Origin: a virus
Lineage: Duplodnaviria; Caudoviricetes
Direction: 5' to 3' (one strand)
Virus record (IMG/VR): IMGVR_UViG_3300042542_006078
DNA: 64,000 bases
The translations under genes and the position numbers were made by a program. A model generated the notes under the pieces. It was not told the DNA's origin, did not search any database, and was given only the letters and a program-made list of their open reading frames with translations. This document shows positions 48,843 to 57,002 of this stretch, in pieces (within the stretch, counting starts at the first letter, position 1; each line of letters opens with the position of its first letter).

Positions 48843-49450
48843 ATTCTTTTTCTGAATATGTCAAAATGCGAGAAGGCTTTGGCCCTTACATTGGACCTTG
48901 CATTGATACTGATAATTATCAGGTTCAAGGAGCTTGCAGCCAGTTGAACACGGATAAAAAAAATAAAAAAATAAGTTCTGGTGAATACAAACACAAGAAA
49001 AAGAAATCTCGCCAATTTTCAGAACAAGCATCCACGCCATCTTCCAGCATTCAGGCTCCTGCCGCCGCAACTCCAGCGATAGCTGGACAACAAACTCCTA
49101 TTCTTGCCACATCTCCAGATGAATCTAAAAAGAAATGGAGCGCAAGCAAGAAAGACATCATGAATTTTTGGAAAACTATCGATGCAAACAAACCCATTAC
49201 TGCTAAACCAATCAAATATGGCTTCAAAGGTTCAACATATAGTGAAGATGGCATCAGAATCACAGGAAGCCCTCAATTTATAACAACTGTTATAAGCCAT
49301 TTGAAAGATTTCCTTGCATACGAGAATCCACAAAGCAAACTTGCTGTTTCTTACAGAGAAACAGAATCGCCAAGTAAAATAACTTCTGGACAAAACAAAA
49401 CAAGTTTTGTATTCTATATCGCCGTTAAAGAAAGAGGCGACAAAGGATAA
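48839..49450 (+). CDS. CTS-like hypothetical protein
   Basis: MNSFSEYVKMRE; TAAATA at 48829-48834; GSTYSEDGIRITGS. Confidence 0.75.
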   Translation: MNSFSEYVKMREGFGPYIGPCIDTDNYQVQGACSQLNTDKKNKKISSGEYKHKKKKSRQFSEQASTPSSSIQAPAAATPAIAGQQTPILATSPDESKKKWSASKKDIMNFWKTIDANKPITAKPIKYGFKGSTYSEDGIRITGSPQFITTVISHLKDFLAYENPQSKLAVSYRETESPSKITSGQNKTSFVFYIAVKERGDKG

Positions 49451-49454
49451 AACC

Positions 49455-49556
49455 ATGGAATATTTTGTTTGGGGTGCAATTACCGGAATCTGTTTTACAG
49501 TCGCCATGATTTCATGTATTTTCTGGTGGTTGCTGAGTAAGAAAAAAACACAGTAG
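49455..49556 (+). CDS. 33-aa membrane peptide
   Basis: MEYFVWGAITGICFTVAMISCIFWWLLSKKKTQ; SD AGGA. Confidence 0.45.
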   Translation: MEYFVWGAITGICFTVAMISCIFWWLLSKKKTQ

Positions 49557-49561
49557 AAGCG

Positions 49562-49933
49562 ATGGAAAAAGCCATGATGGCAATTCTATGTTCAGATGGA
49601 CAACTTAAAATTAATGATATCGTGAAGGAATGTGTATCCCACAAATGGATACCACTACTGACATACAGATATAAAGATGAATCAGAAATATATCTACCTA
49701 TATTCAGCATTCAAGATACTGCTAAAGATTTTATCAAACGAAATTTGCCCAAAGAGTGGCTTAAGGCTTGCATATATCTTTCGGTCGATGATATTGAAAC
49801 GATCAATTCTTTGAAATGGAGAGTTGAACATTTCAGTTTTCCCAGAAAGATTGTTCAAAACCCAAATATTATTTTAGGTTTTGAAATTTTTGAATTCCAA
49901 GAAGAACCAAATTTTCTTTGCAGCAAGTTTTGA
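49562..49933 (+). CDS. Hypothetical protein
   Basis: 123-aa ORF. Confidence 0.6.
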   Translation: MEKAMMAILCSDGQLKINDIVKECVSHKWIPLLTYRYKDESEIYLPIFSIQDTAKDFIKRNLPKEWLKACIYLSVDDIETINSLKWRVEHFSFPRKIVQNPNIILGFEIFEFQEEPNFLCSKF

Positions 49934-49978
49934 AGCTTGAAGTTCACCTTTTGAATTAGGTGATAACAAAGGATATTC

Positions 49979-51070
49979 ATGCAACTATCTAACGAACAGA
50001 AAGACATTGTCAGGAATATCCTGAAGTCTTTTGAAAGCAATCAAGTCATTACGATGGGTGGTTATGCTGGCACCGGGAAAAGCACTATCATTTCTACATT
50101 GAATCAAGCATTAAAAAACAAGGGTCTTGATTTTGCTGTGGGAGCATATACTGGCAAAGCAACTAATGTTCTAAGAAAAAAAGGTTTGAATGCAAATACA
50201 ATTCATAGCATGATATATCGACCCATGACTGATTCAAAAGGAGAAACTACTTGGAGTTTGATGAATCGTTATGAAATGCCAATTAGAATGGATGGTTTTA
50301 TAATCGATGAATCCAGCATGGTTTCCAAGGAAATCCACGATGACCTTTTATCTTTTGGAATACCAATCATTTATGTCGGAGATCATGGACAACTTGAGCC
50401 TATTGGAAGCAAGTTTAATTTAATGGAAGAGCCAATGTTTAGGCTTGAAACTGTTCACAGGAACGCTGGCGAGATAGCTCATTTTGCTGAACATCTAAGG
50501 AAAGGCAATCCTGCCAGAACATTTGAAACAACAAAATCTGTTCAAATAGTAGAAGATAGTGTTGTTGAAGATAAGCATTTGGCAGCAGTTGATCAAATCA
50601 TTGTAGCTTTCAACAAAACCAGAGTGAAATTAAATAATCGTGTCAGAAAAGAAAAAAAGATTGATTTTACATTTATTGCCAAAGGAGAAAAAATAATTTG
50701 CTTGAGAAATAACAGGCCTCTTGGTCTTTTCAATGGCATGCAAGGATATGTAACCAAAATACATAAAAATGAGAGAATAGACTTCACATCGGACGGACTT
50801 GGTTTCGGTCTTATCAAATACGATCCAGACCAATTCGGAAAAGAAACAAACCAATTTGAATTTAAGCAAGAGGCTAACCCTTTTGATTATGGGTATGCAA
50901 TTACTTGCCACAAGGCGCAAGGAGATCAATTTGGCAATGTAATTGTTTATGAGCAAAAATGTGAAAATTGGGACCATGTTAGATGGTCATATACTGCTGC
51001 AAGCAGAGCTATCAACGGATTGATATGGGTTAAATCCGCAGAGTTCCATCCTCATTACCTATTGCCTTAA
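49979..51070 (+). CDS. RecD/Dda-like SF1B helicase
   Basis: GYAGTGKST, AYTGKA, TIHS, IIDESSMV, GDHGQLEPI, YAITCHKAQG, YTAASRA. Confidence 0.93.
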   Translation: MQLSNEQKDIVRNILKSFESNQVITMGGYAGTGKSTIISTLNQALKNKGLDFAVGAYTGKATNVLRKKGLNANTIHSMIYRPMTDSKGETTWSLMNRYEMPIRMDGFIIDESSMVSKEIHDDLLSFGIPIIYVGDHGQLEPIGSKFNLMEEPMFRLETVHRNAGEIAHFAEHLRKGNPARTFETTKSVQIVEDSVVEDKHLAAVDQIIVAFNKTRVKLNNRVRKEKKIDFTFIAKGEKIICLRNNRPLGLFNGMQGYVTKIHKNERIDFTSDGLGFGLIKYDPDQFGKETNQFEFKQEANPFDYGYAITCHKAQGDQFGNVIVYEQKCENWDHVRWSYTAASRAINGLIWVKSAEFHPHYLLP

Positions 51071-51096
51071 AGCTAATTTTTTTGTAAATTACATGG

Positions 51097-51477
51097 GTGA
51101 AAGCGCACATCATTCATGTTACAGACCATGCTCTCGTTCGTTGGAAAGAAAGGGTTTCCAACGACCCATACCTTCGTGTCTATACCATTATCGATATTGT
51201 TAAAAAAGCGACAGTCTTGAAAAAAGACGAACCATTACCATACAAAACTCCCAGACAAAAAAATACTCTTTATGTGATATACGATGATATGCTTTTCATC
51301 TTGGAATCTGTTTCTATTGAAGAACACAACTTAATTACTGTCATTACCAACAACATGTCTCATGTGCAAGTTATCAAATCTCCAAGAAAAATTCGTGTTC
51401 GGTTTCAACCTGAATCAAAAAAGAAAAGACAAAAAATGCCCGCAAGAAACAAAAAAGTTTCTCTTGACGATGATTAA
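51097..51477 (+). CDS. Hypothetical protein, possible RelE-like fold
   Basis: IHVTDHALVRWKERV...LITVI; GTG start. Confidence 0.5.
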   Translation: MKAHIIHVTDHALVRWKERVSNDPYLRVYTIIDIVKKATVLKKDEPLPYKTPRQKNTLYVIYDDMLFILESVSIEEHNLITVITNNMSHVQVIKSPRKIRVRFQPESKKKRQKMPARNKKVSLDDD

Positions 51478-52349
51478 GGCATATCTCCATTTGACTTATT
51501 AATCACATCAACAAGTTGTTCTCTTCTAGTTGTCCAATAATTCAGGGCCAAACTTTTCGCCTCCGAAAGATCAATCAAGTCTACTATTTCCCACAAACTA
51601 TTCAATCTGTCTTCAACAATATTTGAGTTGATTATTTTTGTAACCAATACAGGTGTGATTATTCCTCTTTTTGCTGTAATTTTATCATAATATATTTGGC
51701 CCAATATTATATTCACTTGTTGACCTAAAGATTGTATTTTTACATCTGATTTGTGTATTCTTGTTGCAATTCTTTGTTCATATTCCCAAATTAATTGATT
51801 TGCTTCATTTTCGTTTACTAAGTCTTCTTCGTTCCACATTGAATTCAATTTATCTAGATAAAGTCTTGGCTTAGGACTTGAAGCAATCATAACCTTTTCG
51901 AGTTGACCTTTGATTGCCGAACTGAATGAATACATCATGCTATTATTTGCATATTTTGCAACATGTTTCTTTGGCAATTCAATTTTTTCTTCTGCTCTGA
52001 CATTTTGAACTTTAACTTCTAGCATGAAAAGACCAATGATCTCTTGAGCTTCCTGTAAAGTTAAAAGTTCATCTTCTCTATAAAGGCTGTGCAAGGCATC
52101 TTCGTAAAAGTTGACAGTTTTGTAAAAAGTCTTTGTTGTGTTTTTCATGTAGACTTTTTGAATAACTATTCTCTGAAGCTTTCCTTTCAATGCTTCACTT
52201 TTCAAATAAGCAATTTCCTTATTGCCAAATCTTTTTTGAGAAGAACGCTCAAACTTCCTGTAGAAATACAAACTTGCATGTTGCTTGGCGCTGCCAAGAA
52301 CTTTTATTTCGCCGCCACCATAATATGTGTAATTCATAATTTTATGCAC
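51474..52349 (-). CDS. Hypothetical protein with three internal repeats
   Basis: Three copies of D.L.S(L/M)(Y/W)...L....EA. Confidence 0.65.
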   Translation of the reverse strand: MHKIMNYTYYGGGEIKVLGSAKQHASLYFYRKFERSSQKRFGNKEIAYLKSEALKGKLQRIVIQKVYMKNTTKTFYKTVNFYEDALHSLYREDELLTLQEAQEIIGLFMLEVKVQNVRAEEKIELPKKHVAKYANNSMMYSFSSAIKGQLEKVMIASSPKPRLYLDKLNSMWNEEDLVNENEANQLIWEYEQRIATRIHKSDVKIQSLGQQVNIILGQIYYDKITAKRGIITPVLVTKIINSNIVEDRLNSLWEIVDLIDLSEAKSLALNYWTTRREQLVDVINKSNGDMP

Positions 52350-52836
52350 TCAAGTTGGCTATATTTCGATCAATTATTGATAACTGCGTTTGATAGTAAA
52401 TGCTTCTATCTAGATAAACAAAAGATTCTGGAACAAATATTGTTTCATTATAATTGGTGATCTCATAAGTAAGCTCTTTGTCCATATTCCAGAAAAAACC
52501 AAGAACCATGTATTGCAAACCATTGGATGTATAAACAGTATCACCAAGACTGTAAGGGATTATGTTTCTAAGTATGGAATTAAATTCCGCAAACGCTTCT
52601 CCGTTTAGCTCCACTCCACCAGTGAAAGATGAATTGAATTCACTTTGAGAAGGCGAAAAACCATCAATTATCACGCCATCCAATGATTTTATGACGATTG
52701 AATCACTTGTTCCTGATATTTCTACTCCACCAGAACCAGCAAGATTTACGAGTTTTTTAACTAGAGCTACGCCATCTATAACCACACCTTGACTAGTGGG
52801 TTGTAAATTTTGCATAATCCATTGAATAAGTGGCAT
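52342..52836 (-). CDS. Hypothetical protein
   Basis: TATATA at 52842-52847, 5 nt upstream of ATG. Confidence 0.65.
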   Translation of the reverse strand: MPLIQWIMQNLQPTSQGVVIDGVALVKKLVNLAGSGGVEISGTSDSIVIKSLDGVIIDGFSPSQSEFNSSFTGGVELNGEAFAEFNSILRNIIPYSLGDTVYTSNGLQYMVLGFFWNMDKELTYEITNYNETIFVPESFVYLDRSIYYQTQLSIIDRNIANLSA

Positions 52837-52890
52837 AATTTTATATATTGAACAACTCTATTAGGTTGATAAAAGATCAGAGGCAAAACC

Positions 52891-53685
52891 ATGAATTTGA
52901 TAAAAAAGTGTCGTTATGGAATTATGATTTACAACAACAGCGACATATGGATTGGCCGTTCAATTGAAAGATATGGTGAATTTTCTGAATCAGAAGTTCA
53001 ACTTTTTCGTGACTGCATTAAGCCGGGATTCGCAGTTCTTGATATTGGTGCTAATATTGGTTGTCACACAATAGCTCTAAGTCGATTGGTTGAAGGAAAC
53101 GGGGTTGTTTTCGCATATGAGCCTGAAAGAAATAATTTCACCACACTATGCGGCAATATCTCAATCAACAACATAAGAAATGTTTATGCCTTCCAAAAGG
53201 CAATAGGATCAGGAAGTGGATTAATTGCCGTTCCAGAACTTGACTTGGAAAGAACTGTTAACTTTGGCGGTTTGTCTTTAGATTATGATTATTCTAGCGG
53301 TGTTCACTATCCTGTTCCACTAATTACTTTAGATGAATGTAATTTCTTAAAATGTGATTTTATCAAAATGGATATTGAAGGCATGGAAAAAATAGCACTT
53401 ATGGGTGCTGAAAAAATGATCAATAAATGCAAGCCTTTGCTTTATGTAGAAAATGATAGAGATGATAAATCTAAAGATTTGCTTGAATATATAATTTCAC
53501 TTGATTATGTGATTTATAAACACATGGCACCTCTTTACAATCCAAATAACTACTACAACGAAAAAGAAAATGTTTTTATAAATGATCAAGGAATACAGAT
53601 AGTTTCTGGTAATGTTTTTTGTCATCATAAGAGCGTTACTTGTCCGATTGATACCAAAAAGTTTGCAATGGAAAAATTAAATTGA
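52891..53685 (+). CDS. FkbM-family methyltransferase
   Basis: LDIGANIG, AYEPE, FIKMDIEGME, YVEN. Confidence 0.9.
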   Translation: MNLIKKCRYGIMIYNNSDIWIGRSIERYGEFSESEVQLFRDCIKPGFAVLDIGANIGCHTIALSRLVEGNGVVFAYEPERNNFTTLCGNISINNIRNVYAFQKAIGSGSGLIAVPELDLERTVNFGGLSLDYDYSSGVHYPVPLITLDECNFLKCDFIKMDIEGMEKIALMGAEKMINKCKPLLYVENDRDDKSKDLLEYIISLDYVIYKHMAPLYNPNNYYNEKENVFINDQGIQIVSGNVFCHHKSVTCPIDTKKFAMEKLN

Positions 53686-54575
53686 TTACAACAATTTTAG
53701 CATTTTTAATTTTTGCACAAAATCCCGCTCCTGTCGGTCTTCCATTTGACAGAAACGAGAATAACTTAGCTTTGCTTTTTACAATGACAAACGAGGAAGG
53801 AAGGCTTGAAAATATTCAACTTATGGAGAGTATTTTCAAGGACGGAAGCCTTGGTTTTAAGTCTCAAAGCTACCACAATGTTTCCTCCCCTCTCATCTAT
53901 AGTAAACTTACAGAAGGAGCAAAAGCTGTCGGAGAAGCAGGAACTCTTCTTTTTTATGTCAACAGTCATGGAGGAGGTAGCTGGAAAAATTTCAGTATGG
54001 AAGCATTAGGAGGAGATTTCAAGTTCACAAAAGCTCTGCAAGCAATCGCAAAAGGCAACAAAGTTCAAAGACTTGTAATTTTTATTGACACATGTCACGC
54101 AGAGGGAGGAATACAAGAAGGATTCCAAGAAGGCGGAAAGCCAATTCTCAATATTAGAACAGGTCTTGAAGAACTTCCAACCGCTTACAGAGTTTCAAAT
54201 CCAAACAAATTTTTTGATGATGAGCAAATTGAAGTAAACTATGGACAAGATATTGGCGCTTACAAAGAATGTCTTATACTTGCTTCCACCAATATCAATA
54301 CTTTATCAACAAGAACAATATTCCCAACCAAGATGAAATCTACTTTGCAAAAAGTAAAAGGTGATAAAACAATAACTGTAGCACAATTTCTTAAAAAGTT
54401 TGCAGAATCACATAACGATGTTTACCAGAAACCACTTTATAAAGTCCTACCAAATGAAAAGATGCTAGATGAACCATTATTCAACAATATTCCTGCTCGT
54501 GCAATAATGATAAAAGACAGAACTGGCTCTGATACCAAGATTTCAAGCACTTATATTTTATTGCCTTCAGAATAA
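53682..54575 (+). CDS. Exported caspase/legumain-fold cysteine peptidase-like protein
   Basis: N-terminal signal-like helix; YVNSHG and IDTCHA His/Cys dyad motifs. Confidence 0.6.
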   Translation: MITTILAFLIFAQNPAPVGLPFDRNENNLALLFTMTNEEGRLENIQLMESIFKDGSLGFKSQSYHNVSSPLIYSKLTEGAKAVGEAGTLLFYVNSHGGGSWKNFSMEALGGDFKFTKALQAIAKGNKVQRLVIFIDTCHAEGGIQEGFQEGGKPILNIRTGLEELPTAYRVSNPNKFFDDEQIEVNYGQDIGAYKECLILASTNINTLSTRTIFPTKMKSTLQKVKGDKTITVAQFLKKFAESHNDVYQKPLYKVLPNEKMLDEPLFNNIPARAIMIKDRTGSDTKISSTYILLPSE

Positions 54576-54610
54576 ATAATTCTGAAAATTGAAACTTTCT
54601 CTAAATAATC

Positions 54611-55279
54611 ATGCTTAAACATCTGTCAAACTTCATGATTTTTGCTCATCCACGAAGCGGTTCGAGTCAACTACAAAAAATCTTCACTATCAACGGGTTA
54701 AATTCAATTTACGAACCGTTCAACTCAGATATTAAGGTTGCTAAATATTATCCAATATTTGCGGAAAAAGGTATTAAAGAATCTTTGCGCTTGATACAAC
54801 AGGAGGCTCTTGGATTCAAGCATATTTGGCAACATTTGGATTACCTGAATAATGATTTTCTACTAGCCAATGTACCAACGATTTTCTTGTGGAGAGAGAA
54901 TACTGTGGATGTCGCTATCAGCTATTGGATAGCTTTACAGACTCGTGTATGGAATGGAATAGGCGTGAAATACTCATCGAAGATTGTATTGAGTCCTCAT
55001 CGCATCTCTGCTTATATTGATGAATTGACCCAAGAATTAGAAAGATATAAGCGTAAGGCAGTGGGAGCTTTTCATTTGACTTATGAGCAAATATTTGGAC
55101 AAGACGGGTTGGATAGAGTTGAAGCTGCTTTACAATTTGCTGGCGGTCACATCAAGAATTTAGAAGAAACTCGTCTTTTATTGAAGCCTGAACTTCGCCA
55201 AAATCAAAATCCATGGTCCGAGGTGGTCAATAACTGGGATGATTTAATTGCCCACTTAAGCAAAAAAAAGTTAAATTAA
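54611..55279 (+). CDS. Sulfotransferase (Stf0-like)
   Basis: HPRSGSS 5'-PSB loop, YEPF, LWRENTVDVAISY, LTYEQI. Confidence 0.75.
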   Translation: MLKHLSNFMIFAHPRSGSSQLQKIFTINGLNSIYEPFNSDIKVAKYYPIFAEKGIKESLRLIQQEALGFKHIWQHLDYLNNDFLLANVPTIFLWRENTVDVAISYWIALQTRVWNGIGVKYSSKIVLSPHRISAYIDELTQELERYKRKAVGAFHLTYEQIFGQDGLDRVEAALQFAGGHIKNLEETRLLLKPELRQNQNPWSEVVNNWDDLIAHLSKKKLN

Positions 55280-55297
55280 CATTTTTATTAGCTATAA

Positions 55298-56656
55298 TCA
55301 AGGAAGAGCTTCCACAACCTCTTTAATTAAATTAGACCAACTTGTTTTATAACGGAAAATTTTCATAGAAGGATACCAAGGAGTTGTATCGGCATTGTCC
55401 ATCCAACGCCAATCAGTTTCACTTCCAATTAGTAACCATGTGGGTTTTCCCATTGCTCCAGCCAAATGAGCAAGACCAGTATCTACAGTAATAACCAAAT
55501 CCATCGCATCTATTGCAGAGGCCAAATCATCAAAATTTTGTATCTTGTCTTCTAAATTAATGACATTCATATTACTAAGACCAGTACTCAAATCTACTTT
55601 TCCATCTGGCCAACTTCTTTTTGACGGTACACCTTTTAATAAGCCATAGCATTGAATCTTCTTGTTTTCTGTCAAAGGCTTGAACGAAGACACATATGTT
55701 GATCTCGTGTGATCTCTCTTGTGGTCTGGATTGCCACACCAACAAATACCTACTTTTAATTTTTTGCCAACACTTTTTAACTTCATTTTGTTTTTTGGCT
55801 TGATGTAAGGATCATGTAGTATTTTTTCTTTGTTGTCGATTTTCAGAACTTTTGGCAAACTGCAAACAGAAATGCAATAATCAGATTCAGGAGCCTTTGG
55901 CCAATCATTATTGTTTGCTCTTGGCAAAACAACATCTACATTAAAATTGTCACGAACAATATTTACAAGAGGTTCTTGTACTTCAACAATAACTTTTTCA
56001 CCAAGAGATTTAGCTTTTTCAATAAATCTGCTGAAAAGAATGAAATCTCCAAGACCTTGTTCACTATAGATTAAAAGACTCTTTTTCTTAAATTTCCTGC
56101 CATCCCAATGATCTTGTAGAAATCTTTCTTTGAATCTTTTCGTTATATCTGACGACTTAAATCGCCAATCGTACATGTTAAATCCTTCAGCATATTTACC
56201 TTGTCGCAATAATACTAAAGCAAGATTAAATGAAGCCGTAGCATGGCTTGGATTTAATTCCAAAGCTAATTTGTACATTTTTTCAGATTCTTCAAGTCTT
56301 CCCAGATTCGCCAGCACAACACCAGAGTTGTAATAAGGATCAAAAGCTTGGCCCCTTGCAAATTTTATTGCCTCATTTGCAGCTATGACAGCTTTTTCGT
56401 TTTGGCCAGTTAAACTGAAAACATGAACAATATTTGACCACAAATGCCAATTACCGGGATCAATTTTCAAAGCACGATAAAAACAATCAAGTGCTTTTTT
56501 GTGATATTTGTAATTTGTGCTATAAACGAGGCCAAGACAGTTAAGTGATTGTACTGTAAGGTGTTCGGCAATATAAATCGATTCGTGAAAACGGCCATTA
56601 TTGCTCATGTCCCATGTTTCAGAATGGAAATTAGAAAGAAAACGATCTAAGTTCAT
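55298..56656 (-). CDS. TPR plus GT9-like glycosyltransferase, paralog of 3777-5300
   Basis: SEQGLGDFILFSRF, KVGICWCGNP, DLVITVDTGLAHLAGAMGKP, WRW. Confidence 0.85.
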   Translation of the reverse strand: MNLDRFLSNFHSETWDMSNNGRFHESIYIAEHLTVQSLNCLGLVYSTNYKYHKKALDCFYRALKIDPGNWHLWSNIVHVFSLTGQNEKAVIAANEAIKFARGQAFDPYYNSGVVLANLGRLEESEKMYKLALELNPSHATASFNLALVLLRQGKYAEGFNMYDWRFKSSDITKRFKERFLQDHWDGRKFKKKSLLIYSEQGLGDFILFSRFIEKAKSLGEKVIVEVQEPLVNIVRDNFNVDVVLPRANNNDWPKAPESDYCISVCSLPKVLKIDNKEKILHDPYIKPKNKMKLKSVGKKLKVGICWCGNPDHKRDHTRSTYVSSFKPLTENKKIQCYGLLKGVPSKRSWPDGKVDLSTGLSNMNVINLEDKIQNFDDLASAIDAMDLVITVDTGLAHLAGAMGKPTWLLIGSETDWRWMDNADTTPWYPSMKIFRYKTSWSNLIKEVVEALP

Positions 56657-56736
56657 GTGTGTTATCCAAAATTTTGATTAAATTGTTATAAATAAATTAG
56701 TTTTGACATTGAAAATAAAATAAAAAGGTAATTTTT

Positions 56737-56976
56737 ATGGCGGACTTATTTAGCAGCAACATGGATTTGACAATCATGCGCCATGAGCATATTAAACTTG
56801 TTGCTCAGGCTAATATTCAAGCAAAACAAATTAGAATCATTGAATTGCAAGAAGAGATTGCTCGTTGTGGCAATGACATTGAAGCGCAGAACAAAGTAAT
56901 TGTCGAAGCAGAAAAAAACATCAGGATTCACAAAGAAGCAAAAGAAGCAAAAGAGAAAGAAAATTCATCAGGATGA
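56737..56976 (+). CDS. Small coiled-coil protein
   Basis: TATAAATA at 56687-56694; SD AAGG. Confidence 0.6.
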   Translation: MADLFSSNMDLTIMRHEHIKLVAQANIQAKQIRIIELQEEIARCGNDIEAQNKVIVEAEKNIRIHKEAKEAKEKENSSG

Positions 56977-57002
56977 TTTCCAAGAAAAAATAGGAGACAC
57001 AA

